The position numbers and the translations under genes were made by a program. Positions 9,282 through 19,449 of a stretch of 64,000 nt of DNA are shown here, piece after piece. Within the stretch, counting starts at the first letter, position 1; each line of letters opens with the position of its first letter. The notes beneath the pieces were generated by a model. The model was given only the letters and a program-made list of their open reading frames with translations. It was not told the DNA's origin and searched no databases. The stretch comes from an uncultured Planctomycetia bacterium. GTDB lineage: Bacteria > Omnitrophota > Gorgyraeia > JABMRG01. The stretch lies in the NCBI GenBank assembly GCA_964634945.1, contig CAZWMG010000005.1, positions 16,306 through 80,305 of the forward strand. Direction: 5' to 3'.

Positions 9282-9650
9282 CTAAATAACCTCAGGCGCT
9301 AATGATACTATCTTCATGAATTCTCTTTCCCGTAATTCACGCGCGATTGGACCAAAGATTCTTGTACCAAGTGGATTACCGGTAGCATCAATAATAACAC
9401 ACGCGTTCTTATCGAATTTCAAACGCGAACCATCTTTCCTGCTTATTGGGTGGCGAGTCCTTACAATAACAGCCTTTACGACCTCGCCCTTTTTAACTGT
9501 TGCCTCAGGCGTTGACTCCTTAATATTACACGCTATAATGTCACCGATATGGGCATAACGTTTGGCTGAACGCCCGATAACCTTTATACAAGAAGCCTTT
9601 CTTGCCCCTGTATTATCAGCAACATCTAATATTGTTCTCATCTGTATCAT
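9282..9650 (-). CDS. rplN: 50S ribosomal protein L14 (start at internal ATG overlapping the rpsQ stop as TAATG; the ORF-track N-extension is likely not translated)
   Basis: [26 protein letters not shown] matches the L14 N-terminus. Confidence 0.9.
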   Translation of the reverse strand: MIQMRTILDVADNTGARKASCIKVIGRSAKRYAHIGDIIACNIKESTPEATVKKGEVVKAVIVRTRHPISRKDGSRLKFDKNACVIIDATGNPLGTRIFGPIARELREREFMKIVSLAPEVI

Positions 9651-9922
9651 TATTGCCTCGCCTCCACTACTTCCTGCAGGCGCCATCTCTTTTCCTTTGA
9701 GAGAGGCCTGGTCTCAATTATTTTAACTGTATCTCCAAGCTTAGCCACGTTTTTCTCGTCATGGACCTTGAATTTAGCATATCTTTTCATGACTTTCTTA
9801 TACATGGCATGCTTAGTCAACCTCATAACCTTTACTACGATTGTCTTGTCCATCTTATCGCTTGAAACAAGGCCTATTAACTGTTTACGCGATGCAACCT
9901 CTTCTTTTTTATCATTTTGCAT
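9650..9922 (-). CDS. rpsQ: 30S ribosomal protein S17
   Basis: [42 protein letters not shown]. Confidence 0.9.
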   Translation of the reverse strand: MQNDKKEEVASRKQLIGLVSSDKMDKTIVVKVMRLTKHAMYKKVMKRYAKFKVHDEKNVAKLGDTVKIIETRPLSKEKRWRLQEVVEARQ

Positions 9923-10106
9923 AAGATTCTTCCTTTAAGATTGTCTTTATCCTTGCTACATCCTTCTTAATACGCGAGATACTCGCTGAATTCTCAATAG
10001 TACCTGTCTTTGCCTGAAACAAAAACTTTGAAAGATCTTGTTTGAGCGTCAGTGCTTTGTGATTGAGCTCATCCTTCGTCATATTCCTTAAATCCTGGGG
10101 CTTCAT
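9912..10106 (-). CDS. rpmC: 50S ribosomal protein L29
   Basis: [25 protein letters not shown]. Confidence 0.9.
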   Translation of the reverse strand: MKPQDLRNMTKDELNHKALTLKQDLSKFLFQAKTGTIENSASISRIKKDVARIKTILKEESYAK

Positions 10107-10519
10107 ATATGTCTCCTGGATGTGAATTTAGTCCTAAAAGGTAGCTTGCTCGCGGCTAATCTCATCGCTTCGCGCGCCATCTCTTCCGGTAGCCCCTCTA
10201 TTTCAAATAGGATACGTGCTTTTTTAATAACAGCTACCCATGTCTCGGGCATACCTTTACCTTTTCCCATTCTTGTCTCAGCCGCCTGCTTTGTTACCGG
10301 TTTATCAGGAAAGACCCGTATCCAGATCTTGCCGCCTCTATTTGTGTGCCTTGTCAGCGCGACACGAGCAGCCTCTATCTGTGTATTGGTAAGCCAGGCG
10401 TTTTCTAACGCCTGAAGTCCGTGTTCACCAAAACTTACGGCATTTCCCGACATTGCCATGCCACAACGGCGTCCTCTATGGGCTTTACGATATTTAACTC
10501 TTTTGGGCATCAAGACCAT
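10103..10519 (-). CDS. rplP: 50S ribosomal protein L16 (start M1 or M4)
   Basis: [51 protein letters not shown]. Confidence 0.9.
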   Translation of the reverse strand: MVLMPKRVKYRKAHRGRRCGMAMSGNAVSFGEHGLQALENAWLTNTQIEAARVALTRHTNRGGKIWIRVFPDKPVTKQAAETRMGKGKGMPETWVAVIKKARILFEIEGLPEEMAREAMRLAASKLPFRTKFTSRRHI

Positions 10520-11177
10520 CTTGAACCGACTCCTTCGCTATGCTTTTTTCCGGCAATATATCGCCTTTATATATCCACACTTTAACCCCTATACACCCAT
10601 AAGTAGTATGGGCTTCGGTAAAACCATAATCTATATCTGCCCTGAAAGTCTGCAATGGTATGCTGCCACGCCTGTAGCTTTCAGTACGGGCAATCTCCGC
10701 TCCGCCTAATCTACCCGCGCACTGTAGTCTTATGCCTCCAGCGCCGCTTTCCATTGCCTGTTGCAAAGCTCTTTTCATAGCGCGCCTGAAGGCTATTCTC
10801 TTTTCAAGCTGATAGGCTATGTTTTCAGCAACAAGTTGGGCCTCTGTATATGGCTTCTTTATCTCTTTTATATCGATATATATCTCTTTATCTGTCATCT
10901 TGTTTAATTCTTCTCTAAGCCTGTCAATATCAGCGCCTTTACGTCCAATTATTATGCCCGGCCTAGCACTGAAGATTATGACCCTAACCCTTCCACTAGC
11001 TCTTTCAATCTCGATCTTTGAGATAGCCGCGGTCTTAAATGTCTTAAAAATATATTTCTTTATTTTGGTATCCTCTAAGAGTAGGCCGGAGAAATCTTTC
11101 TTCTTCGCGAACCATCGCGATTTCCATGTATATATAAAGCCAACTCTCAATCCATACGGGTGTGATTTATGCCCCAC
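10494..11177 (-). CDS. rpsC: 30S ribosomal protein S3
   Basis: [24 protein letters not shown] with KH and S3-C domains. Confidence 0.95.
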   Translation of the reverse strand: MGHKSHPYGLRVGFIYTWKSRWFAKKKDFSGLLLEDTKIKKYIFKTFKTAAISKIEIERASGRVRVIIFSARPGIIIGRKGADIDRLREELNKMTDKEIYIDIKEIKKPYTEAQLVAENIAYQLEKRIAFRRAMKRALQQAMESGAGGIRLQCAGRLGGAEIARTESYRRGSIPLQTFRADIDYGFTEAHTTYGCIGVKVWIYKGDILPEKSIAKESVQDGLDAQKS

Positions 11178-11670
11178 TTTTTACTCCTTCTTTAGCCTTT
11201 TTTCCAGTCTTCTTAAGAATCTTTTTTTTCTTAGGTTTTTTAGTTACTGCCTTTTTCTTCGCAACCGTTGCCTTGGTTGTTTTTTTATTTTTTGTCTTTG
11301 AATTCTTATCCTGTAACGCATTTTCTACTATCTTAGGCTGCTTCAGATCAAGGACTATGGTAATATGAGACGTTGTCTTTCTTATTACACTGGCTCGCCC
11401 CATAGCTTCAGCCCTGGTTCTTTTTAAAAGTGGCCCGCCATCCGCGTATATATCTGATATAAACAAGTGTTCCTGCTGCGTATTTGGGAAACGCTTCGCA
11501 TTGGCTATTGCTGAATTCAGCACCTTAAGAAGTAAAAAGGCAGCTTTCTTATTTGTCAGATTCAGAATACCAATAGCCTCATCCACATGCTTATTCCTGA
11601 TAAGGGCTATTACTGTTCTTACCTTTCTAGGCGAAATTCTTAGATATTTTGCAACTGCCTTTGATATCAT
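11167..11670 (-). CDS. rplV: 50S ribosomal protein L22 with ~55-aa lysine-rich C-terminal tail
   Basis: KVRTVIALIRNKHVDEAIGILNLTNKKAAFLLLKVLNSAIANA core, then ...KTKNKKTTKATVAKKKAVTKKPKKKKILKKTGKKAKEG. Confidence 0.9.
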   Translation of the reverse strand: MISKAVAKYLRISPRKVRTVIALIRNKHVDEAIGILNLTNKKAAFLLLKVLNSAIANAKRFPNTQQEHLFISDIYADGGPLLKRTRAEAMGRASVIRKTTSHITIVLDLKQPKIVENALQDKNSKTKNKKTTKATVAKKKAVTKKPKKKKILKKTGKKAKEGVKSGA

Positions 11671-11684
11671 CTTTTGCGTTTCCT

Positions 11685-11969
11685 CTACTTAAGTCCTGCG
11701 GTTTTATCAGTATGTGAACCATGCTTTCTAAATAATCTGGTATGAGCAAACTCTCCGAGTTTATGGCCAACCATGTTTTCAGTAATAAAGACTGACACAA
11801 AACTCTTTCCATTATGAATAGAAAATGTAAGCCCTATAAAATCCGGCAGGATAGTTGATCTGCGCGACCATGTTTTTATAGGCTTCCTGTCTCCAAGCCT
11901 CTTTATCTTCTCAACCTTCTCAATAAGCCTTGGGTCAGCGTACGGTCCTTTTTTAAGTGATCTTCCCAA
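11685..11969 (-). CDS. rpsS: 30S ribosomal protein S19
   Basis: [10 protein letters not shown]...[27 protein letters not shown]. Confidence 0.95.
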   Translation of the reverse strand: MGRSLKKGPYADPRLIEKVEKIKRLGDRKPIKTWSRRSTILPDFIGLTFSIHNGKSFVSVFITENMVGHKLGEFAHTRLFRKHGSHTDKTAGLK

Positions 11970-11972
11970 TTT

Positions 11973-12809
11973 CTACTCCTTTTTGCTTTTTCTTCGCTTA
12001 ACTATGAATTGATTTGAACTCTTTTTCTTTTTTCTGGTCTTGTATCCCTTTGTAGGTTTGCCCCAAGGCGTAGAAGGATGTCTTCCACCGGATGTTTTTC
12101 CTTCTCCTCCGCCATGCGGATGGTCGACCGGGTTCATCGCGACACCCCTTACCTTTGACCTTCTGCCAAGCCACCTGCTACGTCCTGCTTTACCAAGTGA
12201 GATACTATCATGCTCTATATTGCCTATCTGTCCTATCGTCGCGTTACAATCAAGGTCTATTAATCTTATCTCGCTAGATGGTAAACGAAGATGCGCGTAT
12301 TTGCCATCCTTGGCCATAATCTGAGCTGAAGCGCCCGCGCTACGTACAATCTGTCCGCCTTTGCCCTTGACTAATTCGACATTATGTATCTGTGTACTAG
12401 GCGGTATCCTGCGTAATGATGTAGTATTGCCGACCTTCATATCGACTTCTTTGCCTGAAATTATCTCCGCTCCTACTACAAGTCCTACCGGAGCTATAAT
12501 ATAGCGCTTTTCACCATCCTTATATTCTACAAGCGCGATCCTCGCGGAACGGTTTGGATCATATTCTATGGTTAGCACTGTTGCCGGAATATCAAACTTA
12601 TCCCTCTTAAAGTCTATTAGGCGTAACCTTCTTTTGTGGCCGCCACCTCTATGCCTCATCGTTACCCTGCCATTTGCATTTCTTCCACCTTTACTTCTTA
12701 AGGCTACTGTCAATGGCTTATAGGGTTTATCTGTGGTCAGCTCCTGAAAAGAGGCAACTGTAGCCCACCTCTGCCCCGGCGTAATTGGTTTCTTTGTTTT
12801 CATTCTCAT
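11973..12809 (-). CDS. rplB: 50S ribosomal protein L2
   Basis: [20 protein letters not shown] and [14 protein letters not shown] motifs. Confidence 0.95.
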   Translation of the reverse strand: MRMKTKKPITPGQRWATVASFQELTTDKPYKPLTVALRSKGGRNANGRVTMRHRGGGHKRRLRLIDFKRDKFDIPATVLTIEYDPNRSARIALVEYKDGEKRYIIAPVGLVVGAEIISGKEVDMKVGNTTSLRRIPPSTQIHNVELVKGKGGQIVRSAGASAQIMAKDGKYAHLRLPSSEIRLIDLDCNATIGQIGNIEHDSISLGKAGRSRWLGRRSKVRGVAMNPVDHPHGGGEGKTSGGRHPSTPWGKPTKGYKTRKKKKSSNQFIVKRRKSKKE

Positions 12810-12835
12810 TTTACTTTATCCTTTAGTATTGAAAA

Positions 12836-13123
12836 TTAACTAGTTGCCATCTCGATAGAATCGCCGCTTTTCAGTGTTACCATCGCCTTCTTCCACGGAG
12901 AGGTCTTGCCTAACTTATATCGCACACGTTTTGGTTTAGGCTTAACACCAAGGGTATTTACCGATGTAACATGTACCTTATAAATCTCCTCAACCGCTTT
13001 CTTAATCTGTATCTTGTTAGATTTATCACTTACCCAAAACATATACTTGTTCTCAACTAAAAGGCGTGTGCCTTTTTCGGTTCTTAACAAGCTTTTAACG
13101 ATATCATGCGGACTCTCATACAT
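12836..13123 (-). CDS. rplW: 50S ribosomal protein L23
   Basis: 95 aa in the L4-L23-L2 position, with the ...KGTRLLVENKYMFWV... KIQIKKAVEEIYKV pattern. Confidence 0.9.
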   Translation of the reverse strand: MYESPHDIVKSLLRTEKGTRLLVENKYMFWVSDKSNKIQIKKAVEEIYKVHVTSVNTLGVKPKPKRVRYKLGKTSPWKKAMVTLKSGDSIEMATS

Positions 13124-13124
13124 T

Positions 13125-13826
13125 TTATATCACCTTTTTATCTGGCTTCACAGCCTTGCCTGACGTACTGGAGATTCGGACTTTACTGCGTGAAACTTTA
13201 CGTGTTAAGCGCTTCTCAATAATCTGCAGTGCTTGTTTTTCAAGCAGGATCTTATCATTAACTAAAACCTGATAGGCGTTTATATCTTCTGCCCTGACAA
13301 GGACAACCTTCTTAATATTTCTAGCCGCTCTTAACAGGTTTAAATTGGACTTTCCTGAAACAATAATCACCTTATCAGTATCAAGCTTGAGTGCCTTAAG
13401 TATGCTTAGCATGTCTTTTGTCTTATGCGATTCAAGCTTGAACTCATCAATTATAGTAATACTATTTTCCTTAAACTTTGCATTAAAAGAAGATAATAAA
13501 GCATTGCCCTTGATCTTTTTTGGAACCTGATAATGCCAATCTTTTGGTTCAGGTCCAAATGTTACTCCTCCGCCTCTCCATAGAGGTGAGCGTATGCTAC
13601 CTGCCCTAGCCCTTCCTGTGCCCTTCTGTCTCCATGGCTTTCTACCGCCGCCACGCACCTCGTCCTTCTGCTTTACCTTTGCAAAAGATTTACGCTGATT
13701 AGCAAGGTACATTATAACGACCTGTTGCAACATAGCCTTATTTACCTTGCCATTGAATATCTTTTCATTCAATCCAAGAGTATCTACCTTCTTACCTTTA
13801 TTATCTAGAACTGTTATATTAGTCAT
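13125..13826 (-). CDS. rplD: 50S ribosomal protein L4
   Basis: RGGGRKPWRQKGTGRARAGSIRSPLWRGGGVTFGP. Confidence 0.95.
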   Translation of the reverse strand: MTNITVLDNKGKKVDTLGLNEKIFNGKVNKAMLQQVVIMYLANQRKSFAKVKQKDEVRGGGRKPWRQKGTGRARAGSIRSPLWRGGGVTFGPEPKDWHYQVPKKIKGNALLSSFNAKFKENSITIIDEFKLESHKTKDMLSILKALKLDTDKVIIVSGKSNLNLLRAARNIKKVVLVRAEDINAYQVLVNDKILLEKQALQIIEKRLTRKVSRSKVRISSTSGKAVKPDKKVI

Positions 13827-13833
13827 ATATCAC

Positions 13834-14544
13834 CTATTTCTTCATGCTCTTCTTGCTCTGCTTAAGCGGATTAATCTTCTTAGGAGCTTGGTCGGCCTTT
13901 GGCTTAAGAACCTTCTTAGCTTTCTTCTTGGATTTATTAATAATCAGATAACCGTTTTTTGGACCGGGCACAGCGCCCTTAACAAGCAGGAGGCTCTTTT
14001 CCTTATCTGACTCTACTACCTCAAGGCCTTGAACAGTAAATTTCCTGTTACCCATATGTCCCGGAAGATGCTTACCCTTAAGAACGCGTGGTGGATCCGT
14101 AACTCCGATAGAGCCGGGAGCCCTGTGGGACCTGGAACCGTGAGACATTGGGCCGCGCGACCAATTCCAGCGTTTTACACCACCCTGAAAACCTTTTCCG
14201 ATAGTAGAAGCTGTAATATCTACATAATCACCCGGCGTAAACATCTCTACTGTTATGCTATCTTTAGTCTTGATCTCATCAACGTTATCAACGATTATTT
14301 CCTTGATAAAAGAGACCGGCTCTACCTTAAGCTTCTTAAACCTTCCCATCTGGGGCTTATTGGTCCTGCTTTCTTTTCTGGCGTCAAAACCCATCTGCGC
14401 TGAAGTGTAACCATCATGCGCCTTTGTCTTGACCTGTAATATGGTGCAGGGGCCTGCCTCTATTACAGTTACCGGTATAACATCACCGTCTTTGGTGTAA
14501 ATCTGCGTCATGCCTAATTTTTTTCCTAAAATGCCATTAATCAT
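13834..14544 (-). CDS. rplC: 50S ribosomal protein L3 with lysine-rich C-terminal tail
   Basis: MINGILGKKLGMTQIYTKDGDVIPVTVIEAGPC... then the tail KSKKKAKKVLKPKADQAPKK. Confidence 0.95.
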   Translation of the reverse strand: MINGILGKKLGMTQIYTKDGDVIPVTVIEAGPCTILQVKTKAHDGYTSAQMGFDARKESRTNKPQMGRFKKLKVEPVSFIKEIIVDNVDEIKTKDSITVEMFTPGDYVDITASTIGKGFQGGVKRWNWSRGPMSHGSRSHRAPGSIGVTDPPRVLKGKHLPGHMGNRKFTVQGLEVVESDKEKSLLLVKGAVPGPKNGYLIINKSKKKAKKVLKPKADQAPKKINPLKQSKKSMKK

Positions 14545-14633
14545 AAGTTATATCCATGTTTGGTTATACGTTCTGCGTTTTACGTGGTACGTTTTATGTT
14601 CTGAACGTAGAACTATGAACGTAAAACGTAAAA
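14545..14633. repeat. Unusually long (89 nt) ACGT-motif-rich structured spacer between rpsJ and rplC
   Basis: Sense strand has TAA ATAGTTTTACGTTTTACGTTCATAGTTCTACGTTCAGAACATAAAACGTACCACGTAAAACGCAGAACG..., with GTTTTACG/CGTAAAAC inverted repeats. Confidence 0.45.
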
Positions 14634-14942
14634 CTATTTAATCTCTACATCGACACCAGCCGCAAGATCCAATTTTCTTAGAGCGTCTATGGTCTTTGCG
14701 GTCGGATCAAAGATATCTATCAGGCGTTTATGTGTCTTGACCTGATACTGATCTCTTGACTTTTTATCAACGTGCGGGCCTCTTAAAACCGTATAATCTT
14801 CTCTTCTCGTAGGCAAAGGAATCGGGCCTACTATTCTAGCGCCTGTCCTTTTTGCGGTCTCAACTATATCCGCTGTTGCCTGATCGAGAATCCTGTGATC
14901 ATAGGCCTTAAGCCTTATTCTTATTTTTTGTTCTGTTTTCAT
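14634..14942 (-). CDS. rpsJ: 30S ribosomal protein S10
   Basis: [21 protein letters not shown]...[10 protein letters not shown]. Confidence 0.95.
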   Translation of the reverse strand: MKTEQKIRIRLKAYDHRILDQATADIVETAKRTGARIVGPIPLPTRREDYTVLRGPHVDKKSRDQYQVKTHKRLIDIFDPTAKTIDALRKLDLAAGVDVEIK

Positions 14943-14980
14943 ATTTGCTCTTTGTATTTCTTCTGCCTTATTTACGTGTT

Positions 14981-15075
14981 TAGATCCTTCGAATGCTTTG
15001 CATCCTCAGGATAAATTCGCCCTATACAATTTACGTCATTATGCTTTTATCAGCATCCGTAAATTGTGGGCTCAT
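14981..15075. repeat. Bipartite structured intergenic repeat, copy between tuf(1) stop and rpsJ start
   Basis: TAGATCCTTCG-aatgctttgcat-CCTCAGGATAAATTCGCC-CTATACAATTTACG-22 nt loop-CGTAAATTGTG-GGCTCATTTA. The ACAATTTACG/CGTAAATTGT arms form a 10-bp perfect stem. Confidence 0.55.
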
Positions 15076-16278
15076 TTATTTAATTATCTCGCTTATAACA
15101 CCGGCGCCTACTGTCCTGCCGCCTTCTCTGATAGCAAAACGAAGCTCTTTTTCCATAGCTATAGGTGTTATCAATGTTATTTCCATAGTCACTTTATCGC
15201 CAGGCATTACCATCTCAACGCCCTCAGCGAGTTTTGCTATACCGGTTACATCTGTGGTTCTGAAATAGAACTGTGGGCGATATCCATTAAAGAAAGGCGT
15301 ATGACGTCCGCCCTCTTCCTTAGTTAAGATATATACCTCTGCGTTAAACACTGTATGAGGAGTAATAGAACCAGGCTTAGCAAGTACCATGCCGCGCTCT
15401 ATATCCTTCTTATCTGTTCCCCTTAAGAGTATTCCTACGTTGTCTCCGGCCTGGCCTTCATCAAGAAGTTTCCTGAACATCTCCACACCCGTTACAACAG
15501 ACTTCTGGGCCTCAGGGCGCATGCCGATTATCTCAATATTCTCACTTACCTTTACGATACCTCGCTCTATTCTTCCTGTTGCTACGGTACCACGGCCGGT
15601 AATAGAAAAGACGTCTTCAACAGCCATAAGGAATGGCTTTTCAACGTCTCTTTTTGGGGTCGGTATATTCTCATCTACAGCCTTCATAAGCTCTGTTATA
15701 GATTTGCAGCTATCGCAATCTTCTTTACCGCAGCCGCACTCCATGGCCTTTAAGGCTGAACCTTTTATTATAGGTATCTTATCCCCTGGGAATTCATATT
15801 TAGAAAGAAGCTCTCTTATCTCAAGCTCTACTAGGTCAAGAAGCTCCGGGTCATCAACCATATCTACTTTGTTCAGATAAACAACTACTGAAGGCACGTT
15901 TACCTGACGCGCTAAAAGGATATGCTCTCTTGTCTGAGGCATAGGTCCATCCGCCGCGGATACAACCAGGATAGCTCCATCCATCTGCGCGGCGCCTGTG
16001 ATCATATTCTTGATATAATCAGCATGGCCCGGGCAGTCTACGTGGGCATAATGACGGTTGTCTGTCTCATACTCAACGTGGGCTATAGCGATAGTTATAC
16101 CACGCTCTTTCTCTTCAGGGGCCTTATCAATAGAATCAAATGAACGTACCTCAGCATGACCCTTCTTGCTCAAGCACATTGTGATAGCTGAAGTAAGAGT
16201 TGTCTTGCCATGATCTACGTGGCCTACGGTACCTATATTAAGATGCGGTTTTGTTCGTAAAAATTTTTCCTTTGCCAT
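15076..16278 (-). CDS. tuf: Elongation factor Tu, copy 1 (carries a [11 protein letters not shown] insertion)
   Basis: 400 aa with [18 protein letters not shown] and NKVD motifs. Nucleotide sequence is identical to copy 2. Confidence 0.97.
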   Translation of the reverse strand: MAKEKFLRTKPHLNIGTVGHVDHGKTTLTSAITMCLSKKGHAEVRSFDSIDKAPEEKERGITIAIAHVEYETDNRHYAHVDCPGHADYIKNMITGAAQMDGAILVVSAADGPMPQTREHILLARQVNVPSVVVYLNKVDMVDDPELLDLVELEIRELLSKYEFPGDKIPIIKGSALKAMECGCGKEDCDSCKSITELMKAVDENIPTPKRDVEKPFLMAVEDVFSITGRGTVATGRIERGIVKVSENIEIIGMRPEAQKSVVTGVEMFRKLLDEGQAGDNVGILLRGTDKKDIERGMVLAKPGSITPHTVFNAEVYILTKEEGGRHTPFFNGYRPQFYFRTTDVTGIAKLAEGVEMVMPGDKVTMEITLITPIAMEKELRFAIREGGRTVGAGVISEIIK

Positions 16279-16291
16279 TGTTACTCCTTTT

Positions 16292-18364
16292 TTATCCTAA
16301 ACTTACGATCTTTTCAGCTATAAACGATGGAACCTCAGCATAGTAAGCAGGTTCCATGATATATGTGCCTCTTCCCTGGGTCAAGCTACGCAACGCGGTA
16401 GCATATCCAAAGGTCTCCGCAAGGGGTATAAAACCTTTTACGACCTGGAGATTAACTCTGGGTTTTATGGATTCTATCTTTCCTCTACGTGAATTATAAT
16501 CCGCTATAACATCTCCTAAAAAATCTTCCGGAACAATTATCTCGATATTCATAACGGGCTCCAGGAGCATTGAAGAGCCTTTCCGCAAAGCGTCATTTAA
16601 AGCAAGAGAGGCGGCTGCCCTAAAAGCCATTTCTGATGAATCAACATCATGATAAGAGCCATCTATAAGCTTAACGTGTATGTCTGTAACGGGATATCCG
16701 GCTAAGACACCATTTCTAGCGGCTTCCATTACACCCTCTTTTACAGCAGGTATAAACTCACGAGGTATCACGCCGCCCTTGATTCTGCTATCAAAAACAA
16801 CGCCTGTTCCCCTCTCACCGGTCTCTACGTCTAAAACAACGTGTCCGTATTGACCATGGCCACCTGTCTGTTGCACGAACTTACCTACCGCACTCGCGCG
16901 ATTCTTCATGGTCTCTTTATAGGCAACTTCAGGCTTACCTGTATTTGCCTTTAGATTAAACTCCTGGGCCATTCTGTTTACAATAACCTCAAGGTGCAGT
17001 TCACCCATACCAGCTATAATCGTTTGACCGGTATCGCTATTATATTTTACATTAAACGAAGGATCTTCCTCTTCGACCTTCTTAAGAACTATGCCCAGCT
17101 TATCTTGATCCTGTTTAGATTTTGGTTCAATAGCCATAAAAAGTACCGGGTCCGGGAAATTAATCCTCTCCAACACTACCGGACTCTTCTCAGTGCAAAG
17201 TGTATCTCCCGTCTTGGTCTCTTTTAACCCGACCGCGGCGGCGATATCACCCGGATATACGGTCTCTACAATCTCTTGCTTATTAGCATGCATCCTGACT
17301 ATCTTACCTATTCTCTCTTTTTTGTCCTTTGACGCGTTATAAATATACGTGCCGGATGTAAACTGTCCTGAATATACCCTGAAATATGTCAGCTTTCCTA
17401 CATATGGGTCAGATACTATCTTAAACGCGAGAGCGACAAATGGTTCATCTTTATCAGGCCGGCATTTTTTAATCGACTCATCTTTTGGATCTATGCCTTC
17501 TAGAGGCGGTACATCAAGCGGAGATGGCAGATAATCACAGACAGCATCCATTAAAAACTCCACACCTTTATTCTTAAGTGAGGACCCGCATAAGACAGGC
17601 AATATCTTTGCCTTTAAAACACCTTGCCTCAAAGAACTCTTTATCTCGTCTATTGTAATGCTGCCTTCATCCTGTATATACTTTTCCATTATACTTTCGT
17701 CTATATCCGCGATAGCCTCAATCAATTTATGCCTGTAATCCCGCGCCTGCTGGGTGTATTCATCAGGGATATCAACTATATCAAAGTTATCGCCTTCTTC
17801 ATCTTTATATACAATAGCCTTAAGATTAACAAGATCGATTATACCCTTAAAATTTGCCTCTGAGCCCATCGGTATCTGGATGGGGGCGGCATTTGCTCCA
17901 AGATAATCTTTTAACTGTTTTTCAACAGCAAAAAAATCAGCTCCGGTACGATCCATCTTATTTATATAAGCTATCCTAGGAACCTTGTATCTGTCTGCCT
18001 GCCTCCATACGGTCTCACTCTGTGGCTCCACTCCACCTACTGCGCAGAAAACAACTATCCCGCCGTCGAGAACTCGAAGGGACCGTTCAACCTCTACCGT
18101 AAAATCAACATGCCCGGGTGTATCAATTATATTGATATTGTAATCTTTCCATTTACATGCTGTACTAGCCGAGGTTATGGTTATACCTCTCTCCTGTTCC
18201 TGCTGCATCCAATCCATAGTAGCGGTTCCATCATCAACGCCGCCGACCCTGTAAATCCTACCCGTAAGATAGAGAATTCTTTCGGTAGTAGTAGTCTTAC
18301 CGGCATCGATATGCGCCATGATTCCAATATTTCTCATTTTATATAAAGACTTATCTTGTGTCAT
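16292..18364 (-). CDS. fusA: Elongation factor G (start trimmed to [25 protein letters not shown])
   Basis: [17 protein letters not shown] and NKMD motifs. The ORF-track N-extension of 35 aa lies in the leader. Confidence 0.95.
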   Translation of the reverse strand: MTQDKSLYKMRNIGIMAHIDAGKTTTTERILYLTGRIYRVGGVDDGTATMDWMQQEQERGITITSASTACKWKDYNINIIDTPGHVDFTVEVERSLRVLDGGIVVFCAVGGVEPQSETVWRQADRYKVPRIAYINKMDRTGADFFAVEKQLKDYLGANAAPIQIPMGSEANFKGIIDLVNLKAIVYKDEEGDNFDIVDIPDEYTQQARDYRHKLIEAIADIDESIMEKYIQDEGSITIDEIKSSLRQGVLKAKILPVLCGSSLKNKGVEFLMDAVCDYLPSPLDVPPLEGIDPKDESIKKCRPDKDEPFVALAFKIVSDPYVGKLTYFRVYSGQFTSGTYIYNASKDKKERIGKIVRMHANKQEIVETVYPGDIAAAVGLKETKTGDTLCTEKSPVVLERINFPDPVLFMAIEPKSKQDQDKLGIVLKKVEEEDPSFNVKYNSDTGQTIIAGMGELHLEVIVNRMAQEFNLKANTGKPEVAYKETMKNRASAVGKFVQQTGGHGQYGHVVLDVETGERGTGVVFDSRIKGGVIPREFIPAVKEGVMEAARNGVLAGYPVTDIHVKLIDGSYHDVDSSEMAFRAAASLALNDALRKGSSMLLEPVMNIEIIVPEDFLGDVIADYNSRRGKIESIKPRVNLQVVKGFIPLAETFGYATALRSLTQGRGTYIMEPAYYAEVPSFIAEKIVSLG

Positions 18365-18409
18365 GGTCTCTGTTTTTTTAGGCTTCTCTAGTAATGTTAT
18401 CATGTTTTC

Positions 18410-18492
18410 GTTTCGCGTTGTGCGTCGTACGTCGTGTATATTGCGTAAAATCTTTAACGCAATACGCATTACGCATCACGCAATACGATTTT
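18410..18492. repeat. TATTGCGT/ACGCAATA repeat array and 8-bp hairpin in the rpsG-fusA spacer
   Basis: Sense strand has CGTATTGCGTGATGCGTAATGCGTATTGCGTTAAAGATTTTACGCAATATACACGACGTACGACGCACAACGCG. Confidence 0.5.
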
Positions 18493-18493
18493 T

Positions 18494-18964
18494 CTACCAT
18501 TTAAAGTGGCTGAATGCCTTGTTAGCCTCTGCCATCTTGTGTGTATCTTCCTTCTTCTTTACCGCTGATCCCTGTTTCTGGTAAGCATCAAAGAACTCGC
18601 TTGTTAATCTGTCGCTCATCGGGCCGCCCTTACGAAGCCTGGCGAAGTTCCTTAGCCAGCGCATAGCTATAGTTATGCCGCGGGCATGCGTTACTTCTAT
18701 AGGTACTTGATAAGTTGCGCCGCCAACACGCCTTGATTTCAACTCAAGCATCGGCCTTACGTTATCCAAGACCTGCTGAAAAAGTTCCAATGCGTTATCC
18801 TTACCGGTCTTTTCCTGCAAACCCGCAAAGGCATCATAAACGATTCTCTCAGCGGTAGCTTTCTTGCCTCTCTCCATTACAATATTTATAAATTTTGATA
18901 TTAACTCTGATTTATATTTAGGATCCGGCAATACTTTTCTTTTTTCTGCCTTTCTTCTTCTCAT
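18494..18964 (-). CDS. rpsG: 30S ribosomal protein S7
   Basis: MRRRKAEKRKVLPDPKYKSELISKFINIVMERGKKATAERIVY. Confidence 0.95.
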   Translation of the reverse strand: MRRRKAEKRKVLPDPKYKSELISKFINIVMERGKKATAERIVYDAFAGLQEKTGKDNALELFQQVLDNVRPMLELKSRRVGGATYQVPIEVTHARGITIAMRWLRNFARLRKGGPMSDRLTSEFFDAYQKQGSAVKKKEDTHKMAEANKAFSHFKW

Positions 18965-19015
18965 TATATTATCCTTCTAAGCTTGAGTTAGGTCTACGGT
19001 TATCTATAATTTTGC

Positions 19016-19408
19016 TTATGCCGCGGGAGCAGCGCCTGGTTTTGGCCTCTTGCCCCCATACTTTGAACGACTATTTTTTCTATTTGCTACACCCTGGGTA
19101 TCAAGAATACCTCTAACGATGTGGTACCTTACGCCTGGAAGATCCTTTACCTTGCCACCTCTGACAAGAACTATTGAATGCTCTTGCAGGTTGTGCCCTT
19201 CTCCCGGAATATAAGCTGTAACCTCTATACCATTAGTAAGCCTTACCCTGGCAATCTTTCTTAATGCTGAGTTAGGCTTCTTAGGCGTCTGGGTCTTTAC
19301 CTGAAGACATACTCCTCTTTTCTGGGGCGACCCCTTCAGAGCAGGTGACTTTGTCTTTGTTGTTATAACTTTCCTACCTTTTCTTATCAACTGATTTATC
19401 GTTGGCAT
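19016..19408 (-). CDS. rpsL: 30S ribosomal protein S12
   Basis: [13 protein letters not shown]...[10 protein letters not shown]... Confidence 0.95.
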   Translation of the reverse strand: MPTINQLIRKGRKVITTKTKSPALKGSPQKRGVCLQVKTQTPKKPNSALRKIARVRLTNGIEVTAYIPGEGHNLQEHSIVLVRGGKVKDLPGVRYHIVRGILDTQGVANRKNSRSKYGGKRPKPGAAPAA

Positions 19409-19449
19409 ATTTTTTACTTACTCCTCGCGGGGGCTTAAGCCCTACCTGA

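Noticed and set aside
16292-18469. ORF-track N-terminal extensions: fusA (+35 aa), secE (+20 aa running into tRNA-Trp), rplK (+18 aa overlapping nusG), rplN (+12 aa), tilS (+45 aa) and folP (+29 aa).
   Set aside because: The longest-ORF convention over-extends these. Conserved N-termini, SD positions and overlap with upstream genes or the tRNA place the real starts at internal ATGs. The adjusted coordinates are given in the features.
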